Shown here: positions 51,303-63,846 of the stretch, in pieces
How positions within the stretch are numbered: position 1 is the stretch's first letter
Layout: each line of letters opens with the position of its first letter
NCBI RefSeq assembly: GCF_021869535.1
Contig: NW_026262690.1
Location: forward strand, 36,642,001 to 36,706,000
Direction of reading: 5' to 3'
From: Mytilus californianus
Lineage: Eukaryota
Length of the DNA stretch: 64,000 nucleotides
The notes under the pieces: model-generated
Told to the model about the DNA's origin: nothing
What the model saw: the letters and a program-made list of their open reading frames with translations, nothing else
The model's database searches: none
Program-made: the position numbers and the translations under genes

Positions 51303-51422
51303 ATGAGCAGCGGCAACGAAAATACAGTAGACTATACCCATTTGGGTCGATCTGGCCTCGTCGTTTCCAATTTATGCCTCGGAACAATGACGTTTGGTAA
51401 AAATGAAGAGTCTTATTCAGCC
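51303..51422 (+). CDS. aldo-keto reductase exon 1
   Basis: MSSGNENTVDYTHLGRSGLVVSNLCLGTMTFGKNEESYSA, donor GTAAGT, phase 0. Confidence 0.9.
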
Positions 51423-52593
51423 GTAAGTACTAACACGTACTATGTGTGTGTGGTAATGCACTTTTAAATCATATATGTATACACTTAGGTACATTACTAT
51501 TTACCTTATATGGTAGGTCATTGACATTATTACGTAAACCACGTATACATGTATATATGACAATGTAACAGTCAACAATTTTAAAATACTTTGGACTGAT
51601 TATCAAGAATGGAAATGAGTTACACAAACAAGAAAAATATAGATACAGAAAGAAAGCGTTCATCTGAAAGCTCCATTTTCCAGAAATACAACGTATACGT
51701 CACTTTCTACCAACATTTCATTTTGTAAACGAAAGTAGTGTGGAAAAACAAGATATTTAAAGCTCTATTGTATTACGTTAATCATATAAATTCTCCGGAA
51801 AAAAACCAACAACGATAGAACGGAAAACCAAATTTTAAATAGGGCTAATTTCCTTCATTTATTTCACACTAGGGCTATTTTCGGTATTTTTGCTATTTAA
51901 CTTTTTAGACCACTGTCCCAAGTAAAGAGGCGGGTTTGAAGCCAGCGAACATGTTTAACCCCGCAACATTCTGTATATGCTTGTCCCAAGGCAGGAGCCT
52001 GTAATTTAGTGGTTGTCGTTTGTTGCTGTATATGATATTTGTTTTTCGTTTATTGTTTTTCTCGTTTGAAGTGTTTTACATTGGCATTGGCCGGTCGTTT
52101 ATAGTTTGCTATGCGGTTTGGGTATTTCTCAATGTTGAAGGCTCTAACGTGACCTACAGTTGCTAACTTCTATGACATTTGGTCGTTAGAGAGAGTTGTC
52201 TCATTAGCAATTATACCAAATCTTCTTATTTATGTATTAAAGGGATATTATTGGTTCTTCCTCTTTCGTAAGAAACCATTTTCTAATTTTGATTTATTTA
52301 ATTATACCCTTTTTCTATAAATCTCTTATTATTTTACGAAGACTAAGATTGTAATTCCCCGTTGGCAAAGCTGACTTTAGAAGGTTATTACTGTTCTTTT
52401 TGTTCTATTATGGTATAGAAACCGCTAATTCGGGGCCAGTCGCAAAGAACATGCAAAAAGGTAGTTCTTATTTAAAAAAAAAGTTCCTATGCATAGCTGT
52501 AACTTTGTTAAAAAATGAAACATCTGGGTAATTATTGTATCAAATGAAAGCTAAATGAAAAGATCGCTAAAACATGTATTTGTGTATACCTAG

Positions 52594-52739
52594 ATTTATA
52601 CAAGTCCAACACAGACGGATGAAGAAAATTCACACAAAATTTTAGACAGATTTATACAACTTGGAGGTAACATGATTGATACGTCAAACTTATATTCCCA
52701 TGGAAAATCAGAAGAGACAATTGGACAATGGTTATGCAG
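52594..52739 (+). CDS. aldo-keto reductase exon 2
   Basis: AG|IYTSPTQTDEENSHKILDRFIQLGGNMIDTSNLYSHGKSEETIGQWLC|GT. Contains the catalytic Asp and Tyr; ends in phase 2. Confidence 0.9.
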
Positions 52740-54059
52740 GTGATTATTGTTAAACAAACACTTTCATTAAATGTTGTTTTTTCGTCTTAAATTCAAAATG
52801 AAGCAAGTTAGCGGTATATCAAATGGAAATTAACAATTGATCAATTTATAAATTAAATGTCGTCGAGGTGAATAGTGTTGTGCTGTCTCAGTTACTTCGT
52901 GTATAACGTCTTGACCAATAACATACATACATACATACATACAGACAGACATACTGTCGGACGGACAAACAGACATACACTACTCACAATCACGCATACC
53001 TTGGACAGAAGTACATTTACAAAACCCCCAATAAATCATGATTAACTATTCTATGTTGAAACTTTATCAAACACATGTCGGCCTAAATAGTAAAAATACA
53101 CAACTTATGAACTGTTCAATCCACAAGCGTTTCAGTTTCAAAGTATTTGATTTAATGGTAGATCAGTGATGCACTCGTGACAATTATAGTTAGTAAATAA
53201 GAATACCAGTTATGTGGTAAAAGAAGGTTTTCATAGAGACTAAACATTTTTTGCCTTTATAATTTGACATTTAGCACGTCTTTCGACATAGCTAGATATA
53301 TTTAAATGTAAACAAAACTGACACCTTATACATCTACAGATGAAGTATCCAGTAAAGAAAGTAAAATCTACCAAACGTTCACATAAAGTCAAATAAAATA
53401 TGTCACAGGCAACCATTTCTTACCAAGTGCATAGTAAGCATGGACTATTGTCAAATTGTTCTAAAAATGTGGAGAAATAAAATAAAACATCAGTTATTTG
53501 AAGTTAAGCATAGATGCAATTTAGGTACTCCTCATAACAGAATCTTGGGTCGTTTGGTGGTCGGTTCAAACCCATTTACTGTGATTCAGCATTGATTCAA
53601 AATTAAATGTGTGGAACTTTATAGTAAATAAGGATACATCCACAAAATACACACAGAATGGAAACTTTTGTCTGTTTCTTAACTAAATGTAGGTGAAAAC
53701 ACTGTCTAAATAGGTGCAACTTGGGCAGTCTCATGTTGAACGTTTAAACGACTTTCTTTTCCCCCCTCTATATCATTTTTTATACAAGCACGAAAATATA
53801 TTTTTAAAAAAATGAAACGTTAAACGTTTTTCATTTTTAACTCCGTAGCACAATATAAAACTAGCTGATATAGGTTTCAAAAATGAAATCATTTTTGCCG
53901 TTAGTTTTTTTGTCATTGTATGTCCTGTCTTTCTTCAACATATGTTTTTGGTTGCTCTCTTAGTATATTATTACTTTTTTATACAATGATAACAACAACA
54001 GTAGTTTAAAATCCACATTTAAGATTGCAGACCATGAAGTACTTTAAGACCTTTTTCAG

Positions 54060-54210
54060 AAAAAATCGTTCAAACATTGTCCTTGCAACAAAAGTACGTG
54101 CACCTGTTGGACCAGGACCGAATGATAGTGGACTCAGCAGACGACACATTATACATAGCTGTCATGAAAGTCTACGACGATTACAGACAAACTATATAGA
54201 TTTATATCAG
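54060..54210 (+). CDS. aldo-keto reductase exon 3
   Basis: ctttttcAG|(R)[50 protein letters not shown]|GT. Contains the catalytic Lys. Confidence 0.92.
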
Positions 54211-54422
54211 GTACAATAAACAAATATTGAGATGCATGCAATCTCATGCTTAAAAATTAGTAACAAATACATCTTGTCAAATGTGAAATAGCAATTAAAC
54301 AAGGATACTTGTGATTATTGCACAAACCAGTGTTCTGTTGGTTTGAAAAAATAATATCGATATGAAAATAAAAGAACTTTAGTAATAACATGTATTTTGT
54401 CAGTCAATATCTAATTTTATAG

Positions 54423-54596
54423 ATGCATGCTTGGGATGATTCTGTCCCTCTTGAGGAAACATTGCGAACGTTTGACGATCTTATCCGAGGAGGAAAAGTA
54501 AGGTATATTGGTGCCAGCAATCTTAAAGGTTGGCAGTTACAGAAAATGATGGACATGTCTAAATATGTGGGGTTACCATCTGTCATAACTTTACAG
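54423..54596 (+). CDS. aldo-keto reductase exon 4
   Basis: AG|[33 protein letters not shown]...VITLQ|GT. Contains the catalytic His. Confidence 0.92.
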
Positions 54597-54994
54597 GTAT
54601 TATCTTTTATAGAAATATTGAAAAGATGACGCATCATTATGGCATTGCAACTTCTACGTGTAATGATCCATGTCTTTCTCTTTTGATGCAATTTAGATCA
54701 AATAGTGTTATTTTAGTGTTTACTTTTCAGACATTCTATTATTTTGCTTTTTTAACTTTTCGTCTCAGGCGTATTTGATGATTTAATTCAAGAAACACGT
54801 GTGTTACGCTTAAACATTTTCAGACCCTCGAGATCCACCTAAACTTGCTTCATCGAATATATAAAAAAAAACAGCAATATCCAAGAATTAATAATATCTT
54901 TTTTACATGTTAGTATTACTTAAGCGTATCTAATCACTTAATAAAAAGGTACAATACCTCAATTCAAATTTTTTAATTTAGCACATGGTGCAGA

Positions 54995-55537
54995 AAAGGA
55001 GGAGGTATGATAAGAGCCATTGTTTGGCCCCTGATATTAGAAAAAGTTAACATATTAAAGCCTTTCAAAATTATGTTAATCTTATGTATAATGAATCAGA
55101 TGTTTTAATCTGGAAATGTTAGTGGAAAAAGGCTACTAGTGATGTCCCTATGACGCCTTAAACATGTGGGAAATAACTTATTCGGCCGAAACTGGTCATT
55201 TACTTTTAGATCATTATATATATGAGAAAGAGCTTTACCAGAAAGTTGTTTACAAACATGAACATCTTTGTAGCAAAATATCTTTTTTGGGAAAAGCTCC
55301 TGCTCATATCTAAATATTAATGACAAGATCTCAAAACGAGACTGTTTTAGCGCTTTTTGATGTTTTGTACTAAATGTAAGAAGTTTGAAACCTTAACGCC
55401 AATATTTTCAACACAATTCAAAATATAGATACTGATGTCTAATGAACATTTGAAGTATGTCATTTGGTAGATTTATAATTTCTATTGATTTTTTAATTGA
55501 AGGGGCCAAACAATGACCTTATAATACCTACTCCTTT
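54995..55537. mobile_element. MITE-like element in an AKR intron
   Basis: aaaggaggaggtatgataagagccattgtttggcccc at the left is the imperfect inverse of ggggccaaacaatgaccttataatacctactccttt at the right. Related text occurs at ~2090-2190 and ~28780-28880. No TSD was identified. Confidence 0.55.
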
Positions 55538-56088
55538 ATTATGCATTGCTTTGGTGTTATTTGAATATACTACTGTACTTAAGAATTGAATGATTCAGTG
55601 TTTTATACTAAAAATGTGCGTTCAACCCCTCCAAAAACCCGGAGTGAACTCATGTGATTCGGCAGAGTAAGCAGTTCCTGCTTCACATGTGACAACCGTC
55701 GTGTAGCTAATGCAAGTACAAATCTGGTTAAACGTCATACCATGAAATAATCAAAATTTTATTGTTTTTTCCTATGCATTGCAACTCCTAAATATTGTAT
55801 TTTATTAGGAAATAAAATATAATGTTGGTATGCCTCGCGATTGTTGTTTGGCAGTCAAAATTGAAATCTTTTGAAAAATCTTTGTACCATAATTATACTT
55901 TCATAAACAAAAAGTATGTTCAAAATTCCACTACCCTTTACAATTTAATTTAACATGTATTTTCTTATGGTGACTGATATTATATATATGATTATCATAT
56001 CACTTAAATGAATATTTTTCCTCATAGACAGAATCCATGAAGCATTAAACATGTTTGATAAAACTGTAAACGATTTCCTCAATTGTAG

Positions 56089-56186
56089 CAACAATATAAT
56101 TTACTCCGGAGAGAATCAGAAAATGATGAATTCGAAGTCTGCAACAACGAAGGAGTCGGTGTTTTACCGTTTGGCGCATTAAAAGG
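56089..56186 (+). CDS. aldo-keto reductase exon 5
   Basis: AG|QQYNLLRRESENDEFEVCNNEGVGVLPFGALK(G)|GT, ends in phase 2. Confidence 0.88.
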
Positions 56187-56644
56187 GTTGGTTGTTTTTT
56201 TCTTTTCTTATTCAAGAAATGTTCGTGCTTTGAGACTATAGTATATGCAGAGAATTTCTATTCAATCTTAAATGAATATTATAAAAACGTTTTGCATATT
56301 GGCATTTTCAATCCCATTTAGTTTTTAGAGATATCCAATGTGATTACGTCAAAGCATTTGCTGCTCTTTGTGTGATTTGTTTTTTTTAAATACTTGCTTG
56401 GCAACTGATGTTGATGTCATAGCAACTATTATTGAATGGGGTTGGGTCTAATATCACGAGCGAGATGCCTGGACGGGGGCGAAGCCACAGTAAACTTGAA
56501 AGATTTAGCACTTCGACAAAACATCAGGCTATTCATTACTCAACCCAGTTATTTGATTATGGAGACAACAACATAACATGTTATTTTCCACAGGGGAGTT
56601 GTAGTTTCAACACTGCATGCATTTTTTTCTAGCTGAACGAAAGC

Positions 56645-56945
56645 AACAGATATGTATACATAACCCGCTGCAATTGTTTGCACCTGTCCTAAGTCAGGAA
56701 TCTGATGTTCAGTAGTTGTCGTTTGGTGATGTGGTTCATAAGTGTTTCTCGTTTTTTATATAAATTAGACCGTTGGTCTTCCTGTTTAAATGGTTTTACA
56801 CTAGTAATTTTTGGGGCCCTTTATAGCTTTATAGCTCCGTGTTGAAGACCGTACTTTGACCTATAATGGTTTACTTTTATAAATTTTGACTTGGATGGAG
56901 AGTTGTCTCATTGGCACTCATACCACATCTTCTTATATCTATAAA
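56645..56945 (-). repeat. abundant dispersed repeat family (atgagacaactctccatccaag...)
   Basis: The same core occurs at ~6176-6273, 7378-7520, 26570-26790, 32107-32180 and 37255-37400 (+), and at ~51920-52235 (-). Confidence 0.8.
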
Positions 56946-57630
56946 TATATAAAACAGTTATCCTAATTATGATTTAATATGTATTAATCTATGTTGTCAT
57001 TAGCATTAACTATGCGAAAATATAATCCAAGGTTGAACTCTTAGTGCACGACCCGAAGAAAGGTACAACATGTCAGTCGAATCTTTTTTTTTTTTTTTGC
57101 ATAGTCGAGGCAAAACACAGCATTATTCTACTTTTTATACGAACTGTCAGTATTAACAAAGTATTATAAAAATAACATCAAAATATTCATTGTAAGAATT
57201 TGAGCATAAAATCCAACCGAAGACACATTTTCATTTCGCATGAGTCTGCATACATTATTATAACAAGTACACAACGGTTGCGTTTTCACTTCGTTCTGAA
57301 CTGCAATTAATACTTTCATAAAGTGCTTTCAAGATGCAAACAACGATTGAGGTAATTTCCGACTACTCACATGAACATACTTTTGATGGGTAGATCGAAC
57401 GCATACTTTCTACAACAACTGTGCTGACTATATCAGGCAAAGGAACGCTTTCCCCGATATAATTCACTTCAAATGATCGTATGCAAAAAATATTTTAATT
57501 ATCAAAGAACATTATTACAGACAGTATATTAAGGATTCTTATTAAAACTATAGTCGTAACTAGTTTAATCTTGATGTAGAAATTAAATTCTTAACACTTT
57601 ACCTATTTTTTTTTTTGTTTTATTCTTTAG

Positions 57631-57815
57631 TGGATTACTCAGTGGGAAATACAAAAAACAGAATGGTAATTTTGCTGTAACATCAGGACGTTTGTCACAT
57701 GCCAGTTCCATAGGCTATAAAAGTACACAATCATGTCCATCCCTACATAGTTATGAAAACGACGATTCTTATTGGAAATTGATGGCAGCTATGACAAAAA
57801 TGGCAGAAAGTCATG
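57631..57815 (+). CDS. aldo-keto reductase exon 6
   Basis: tctttAG|(G)GLLSGKYKKQ...YWKLMAAMTKMAESH(G)|GT, ends in phase 1. Confidence 0.88.
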
Positions 57816-58306
57816 GTAATGTAATCGTATGTTATGTTACAGTAAACATTTAATGCATAGTCAATATAGAAAACATCAGTAAACTCTGTAGCAGTTCATA
57901 AGATACAATGACTACAGAACCATCAGAAAATGATGTGTGCTAGTTGTATATATGAATAAAATGAGATGTCGATATATGTCAATGAAACACGAAAAACTGA
58001 GACCTAGAGGCACGGTACAGTAGTAACAAGAGGCAAGTGTCTATTTAATATGTCTAGCTATATATCATCCTATATTTAGAGAAAAATGACTACGAGGTAC
58101 CAGACTCGGAGCATGCACATGAATAAATCGCGGGATAAAAAAATTTTAACATCCCAACCCTTTCCCTTTTGAAATTCATAAGGGTTGTCTTTAACGATAT
58201 CAATACATTTGTGAAGACATTTTAGAATGAAATAATAATATGACTTAATGATGTTGAAAACCGAATTTATTCCTTAACATATTGCTAAATGTGTTTATTT
58301 TTTAAG

Positions 58307-58446
58307 GGAAAACTGTGAGTCAGATAGCATTGAGATGGGTCCTGCAAAAGAACATCGTGGCGTCAGTTATAATAGGTGCCACTAGTATACAACAGTTAGA
58401 AGAGAATATGGCATCTGGCAGTGGATGGCGATTATCACATGATGAA
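58307..58446 (+). CDS. aldo-keto reductase exon 7
   Basis: AG|(G)KTVSQIALRWVLQKNIVASVIIGATSIQQLEENMASGSGWRLSHDE|GT. Confidence 0.9.
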
Positions 58447-59270
58447 GTGTGTATTATTTTTTATTTATAAGACCTTTGGCCAAAAAACAAAATCAAAATT
58501 ACTCGTTATTTACTTTTGTCAGTAACAAAACAACGGAAAATAGACGCACCAATTTGTAAGACTAGTTCTTATGTAAACTGAATTTAAAAAATAGAAAGAA
58601 ATACAAGGATATCAAATTTGATTCTTATATACAAAACATTGTAACATTATGCCTTGATTAAAGATGCATTGGAATCGGTTCTGTAATGAAGACAAGTGAT
58701 GCCTAACCAATATAATTTTAAATTATGGTTGACTTGTGCCCGATCTGTAGCGTTTGCTGTAAAACTGAACTGAAATAGTATTGTTTAAGCTGAACAGATT
58801 TGAAAAGACTACCAATTAATCATTACGTCATGTTTAGTGGTCAGCACGGTCAGATATCTTACTTGCGATCTAGTAAGATCTTTCAGCAGCTGCTATTTAC
58901 CTGTGATACTTGCATACTTAAATGCGTGAACAGGGCTGAACAGGTGTCAATTGATTGCAAGCAAGAAGAATGAACACTACTTAAATCAATGAAAGGGAAA
59001 CATCTGACATTACATTAAACCTCAACACGAAAACATTTTCAATGCTACATAGATTCATTTAATTTAACTAAATAAATAATACAACCGCAAGGCACGTCCA
59101 GGGTCAAACATGTGCTAAGCAAAAGATTTATGAATACTGGGAGGAGTATGTCACCAAATAGGACCAAAATGAGTGGACAAATACCTAAGGTCAACTCTCT
59201 CATAATGTAGCAACCTTAGGAAACAAATAAAATGTTTATTAATTGTTAATTTCTCTTTTTATGTTTGTAG

Positions 59271-59387
59271 ATGATTGAATTGGACACATTATCGCCAAGA
59301 AGTAATCATTTTGTACAGAATCAAGGGGACATATGGAAATCTAAAGCTAGGATAATGTTTCCAAATACTGTAGTATATAGTTCCTAA
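59271..59387 (+). CDS. aldo-keto reductase exon 8 (terminal)
   Basis: tttgtAG|MIELDTLSPRSNHFVQNQGDIWKSKARIMFPNTVVYSS*. Phases of all eight exons are compatible, giving about 376 aa. Confidence 0.8.
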   Translation: MIELDTLSPRSNHFVQNQGDIWKSKARIMFPNTVVYSS

Positions 59388-60204
59388 GTTAACACTTAGA
59401 AAATAGAATACCAAATACATATTTCTTAATATATCGTGTATTTTCATATTACATTATTACACAATCATTTGATACCAGTTATTGGTCAGTAGATTATCTA
59501 TTGATAACAATTATAGTACATGCTGTTATGTTTTCAAGTAATGTTATCATATTTTACCACAGGTCTACAATACATTGTATTTGAGCCCCGCTGAAAAATA
59601 TTCGATTCGCTATATTTCATTGTAAAATATGCATATTAACCTTATGCACTCAAAAAATTATAAGCTAGTTATCTTGCAATTGTCAACGATCGTGAAAGGT
59701 ATAAGCAATAATAGATCGTTGAAGAATTTCATTGGACAATTTCATCAACTTTTGTAAATAAAATTGCATTTTGTATAACAGATTTAAAACATTTACATAT
59801 AGACAGATACAAATTGTGAAATTTATTATTGAATTTTGACAGTAATACGAGAAACTGTCCCTAATTCATCAATTAATGAATGGTTAAAAACGAACTATTG
59901 TACAGTATCTGTAATTGGTTAATAATGGACTAACGTCCAGTATCGGTCTCCTTTTGTCGTACTATTAAAAGCAATTATTGGTTGTTAAAATGAAATGAAA
60001 TGGTGATAAGGTGTTTTGAACAGATCATAATGTTTCTAAATATCGGGAATACATATACCCTGTATAAGTGAATCACTCGATTATTCAATTCTATGAAGAT
60101 GTACATTTCAAATTTTGATAAACTGACGGTTTTATCTATAGTCCTATTAGGTCTTTCTTTTTAACACTTTCTGAGCTGGTTATTCGTAAAAGTGAAAGGG
60201 ACAC

Positions 60205-60447
60205 CATAGTTGTTGTAGCTTACGAACTATGATGTGAGTACCGATCGGTAATTCTAGTTAGTTTACTTTTGTGTAATCGATAAATACATAGTTGTTGTAG
60301 CTTACGAACTATGATGTGAGTACCGATCGGTAATTCTATCAGTTTACTTTTGTATAATCGATAAATACATAGTTGGTAATTGTAGCTTACGAACTAGGAT
60401 GTGAGTACCGATCGGTAATTCTAGTCAGTTTTCTTTTGTTTAATCGA
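60205..60447. repeat. ~82-bp tandem repeat, 3 copies
   Basis: catagttgttgtagcttacgaactatgatgtgagtaccgatcggtaattctag... starts at 60205, 60287 and 60368. Confidence 0.9.
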
Positions 60448-62805
60448 GGGATACGCTTGTTACACACAGAAGCTATAAAAATATAAAGTCCTTGTAATCC
60501 ATTGAGACCTGCTATTAAGGTATAAATAGGCATTTCATTTACGAAGAAATTAACAAGCAGTAATATCCATGAACATCCGGTTGCAATGAAAAGTTTAAGG
60601 AAGATACCTACTTCCGTTTGATTGTTTCTACAGGGGTTGAATTCAAAGTAGTCATTCTGGACAGTATATATACTGTAATTGTATACAAAGTTTGTAGTAA
60701 ATGTTGCAGTTAACTGTCAAAACTGTTACGATAAAGCTCTCTAACCGTGAGATAAAACATTTCCCAATAATCCATACCCAGTGGACTTTGCTGTTACAAG
60801 GTATACGACTATAATGTTGACAGAAACAATTACAGCTGCAGAGACGTAAACAGAAACTATATACAACCAGAATATATAATGATTTGTTTCGATTAGCCTT
60901 TAGTGTTGACGTAAGTCTACTCTGTCCAAACACTATAAACATATGAACTGTACACGCAGTAAAGCAACCAAGTATTGATAATAGAAAAAAGGAGTAAGAA
61001 TTCCGATTATCTGACATACTATATTATTTACATTTTCGGCCATTATCAATACTAAATACAGTGAATGATACAGTAGCATAGAAAACGCCAAGGTCATGAT
61101 GTTCTTTCCAGGACGAGTCCACAGTGAGGGAAACAAACAGTATGTAAATAATGTTGACAGTAGACACAGTGAAGATATTAAAGTGCATGTTATCATTATG
61201 GCGGAAAACACAATATTATGCGTATTAAAAGGGTTGATCATTTTTCGAAAATCTTCAATACAAATTTCCAAATTCTTCTCTGAATCTACATGATACTGGT
61301 AGAATTGAAACTTTACGCCGTAGTTCAGTAAATCCAGCTGTTGGTTTTTTTTTTCAATAACCTGTGTTCACCACTGGTAAATACGGCATGTCTGCAAATC
61401 AATTAAAGGAAGATGTGATGTATAATCGAAAGTAACTGTCATGTTCTTATAGCTTCAGAAAATTATAAGAATAATTTATAAGTTTTTTTTTCGTTCCCTT
61501 AAATTGATTACTCACCATTAACATCTATATTTGCATGGTAAGAATCGTCAGTTGTATTTCTTGGCTCTATGCAAATAACGGATTGCAGACTGGAAAATAA
61601 TTTGATTCAAATCGTTTTGCAAATTCTGTGAAATATCTACATGAATGATATAAATATATACGGGGTTAAAATATATGGGAAAGTATATCCAAATGGTCGG
61701 TTATACATGGATGCATGTAATTATGGTTCACATTGTTCGTCCATTAACTGCTTTCCTTTGAAACAACCGATTTTGCGACATTTTACCTGAAATCGAAAAA
61801 ACAAATTAAACAATCTATTTTAGGTAAAACAAAGAAATAACTATTATGCACGAATTAGTTACTTCTGCAATTTGCTCTGAAAATAAATCAAATTAGTTCA
61901 TATGAAAAAATCAATATAAACCATAAAATAAATTCCAACTTTGAATTATCTTTCAGGGCTACGAAATTTAGAAGAAGTATGGCATGTTTCAATTGATGTT
62001 TAATCGTAGAATTATGTCATGTGCAGTATTGCAATGTACAATCGCATTCAACTATATATTATCATTTCTAAAATATAGAATAGTCTGTTTACCTGGACAT
62101 AATCGTAAATCTCGTTGTGCTTGCAAACTGATGTGTAATATCTGCGATTAGATATGTAAATAAAAAAAAAAGACTTTGGGGGTAAACTTGCTATAGCAGT
62201 AACTGTAGGCTATTCAACTTCAGTGCAACAGTTACAAAAGACATACGGTAAAGGATAAATAATTTGACCATCCATACAGTTAAATAGATCGCATTCAATG
62301 TTTTCCTTTGTGAACTGTTTCAAATCAACTGGTTGATCGTTGACATATGTCATTTTTCATTCAAACTGGTTCCCACACACAGGATACATGTAACTTTTTG
62401 TCATACTTTTTATTACGATTTCGTTTGACAGCGTTTCACATGCTGATTGAATATTTATCTCGGTTCTTTGTTCACATATAGTATGATTCCTTTTATGTTT
62501 TTTTCGCAGTGTAAAATTCCTTAGGATATTTTCAGATAAACTACAATGACACTTTTCACCAAGACTTAACATGATTGAGATGCTAAAACTCATAACACTG
62601 AATGAAAGAGGTAACTTGCTATCAATTTATGTTTCCATTTTCGGTAACGTTTTATGCAAATAATTTTAGAACCAGATGATGAACTGATACGGTTCATTTG
62701 CACTGGTTCATAACTAAGATCAAGCGCGTTATCTTGATACAAGTCATAACTTATAATACCTCTTATAGACATATGCAAGGAGTATAGTTGCTTATTTCTA
62801 ATCTG
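60387..62805 (-). pseudogene. decayed divergent paralog of the two-exon 7TM receptor
   Basis: Exon 1 end IIYPLPYVFCNCC...YTSVCKHNEIYDYVQ|GTAAAC (62092), 306-bp intron, acceptor 61787-61788, then VKCRKIGCF, TM1-3 (TLFTYCLFPSLWTRPGKNIM), STGYG and IFLKLFIATGCSW...NGLQGLYIFIASVCNKRI. In-frame stops at 62357-62359, ~62215 and 61721-61723, plus several frameshifts. Confidence 0.88.
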
Positions 62806-63162
62806 AGGGACAGTCAAACTCATAGATCGAAAACAAACTGACAACGCCATGGCCAAAAATAAAAAGACAAACAGACAAATATTAGTACAGATGACACAAC
62901 ATAAAAAAACTAAAGACTAAGCAACACGAATCCCAACAAAAACTGGGAGTGATCTCAGGTGCTTCGGAAGGGTAAGCAGATCCTGCTCCACATGTGGCAC
63001 CCGTCGTGTTGCTTATGTTATTACAAATCCGGTAAATAGTCTAATTCGGTAAGTCACATTCGTGAAAAGGGAAGGGTATTGTAGTTACGACATAAGGAAC
63101 ATATCCGATATCATCTGTGAAACGGATATTCCATAACGGTCAACCAACTCGTGATGGCGTCC
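62806..63162 (-). mobile_element. Penelope-like element 3' end, inverted
   Basis: Reverse complement of 63478-63830. Related 3'-end fragments occur at ~10950-11120, 13100-13235, 26870-27105 and 40715-40880. Confidence 0.8.
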
Positions 63163-63311
63163 TGTTTCGTTGCAGGTTGAAATTTCAGGCAAGTTTGATT
63201 TTTGAGGAGGATTTCACATGAAGCAGAAGATATTATTGTATGGTGGATACGTAGTGTTTTACAGGCATATTCAATGTCTTTGTCATATTGACGCCATGTT
63301 ATATAACAAAA
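63163..63311 (-). pseudogene. receptor exon 1 fragment (Cys-rich repeat junction)
   Basis: TWRQYDKDIEYACK, frameshift, then YNNIFCFM*NPPQKSNLPEISTCNETG, matching TWLKFDKDIEFAC...YKNIFCYICNPPVTFQERLIISKCNLTG. Confidence 0.8.
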
Positions 63312-63846
63312 TCCAAGCAGCACCTGCATGGGGGTATATATCTCCCAGTTGATGCGATATTCCAGTGCTTGTATTTCCTATCATGATTTCCTTGATAGAG
63401 GGTTGCTGCTCACAAGGAAGCTATTAAACCAAGAGTTCCAAGTGGTGAAGTTGTAATCGGCCTTTTGTAAATTTTATGGATGCCATCCCGAGTTGGTTGA
63501 CCATTATGGAATATCCGTTTCACAGATGACAACGAATATGTTCAAATTGTCGTAACTACAATCCCGTCCCCTTTTCCTCGAATGTTACCTACCAAATTAG
63601 ACTTATCATCGGATTAGTACTAACATGAGCAACACGATGGGTGCCACATGTGGAACAGGATCTGCTTACCCTTCCGAAGCACCTGAGATTAAGTTTTTGG
63701 TGGGGTTCGTGTTTCTCAGTCTTTAGTATTCTATGTTGTCTTTTGTGTACTGTTGTTTGTTTGTCTTTTTCATTTTAGCCATGGCGTTGTCAGTCTATTT
63801 TCGACTTGTGAGTTTATATGTCCTTTTGGTATTTTTTGCTTCTCTT
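63312..63846 (+). mobile_element. Penelope-like element RT C-terminus plus 3' end
   Basis: AAPAWGVYISQLMRYSSACISYHDFLDRGLLLTRKLLNQEFQVVKL, followed by the family 3' region ending ...ccatggcgttgtcagt...gcttctctt. Confidence 0.85.

Noticed and set aside
52920-52985. (ACAT)n/(ACAG)n and other microsatellites, e.g. (AT)n at 1565-1588
   Set aside because: Ordinary simple repeats.
60205-60447. CRISPR-like array
   Set aside because: Units are contiguous with no unique spacers, there are no cas genes, and the context is eukaryotic.
62590-62856. 88-aa ORF with its own start codon
   Set aside because: The ATG and first ~16 codons come from the inserted retroelement end; the rest is pseudogene.
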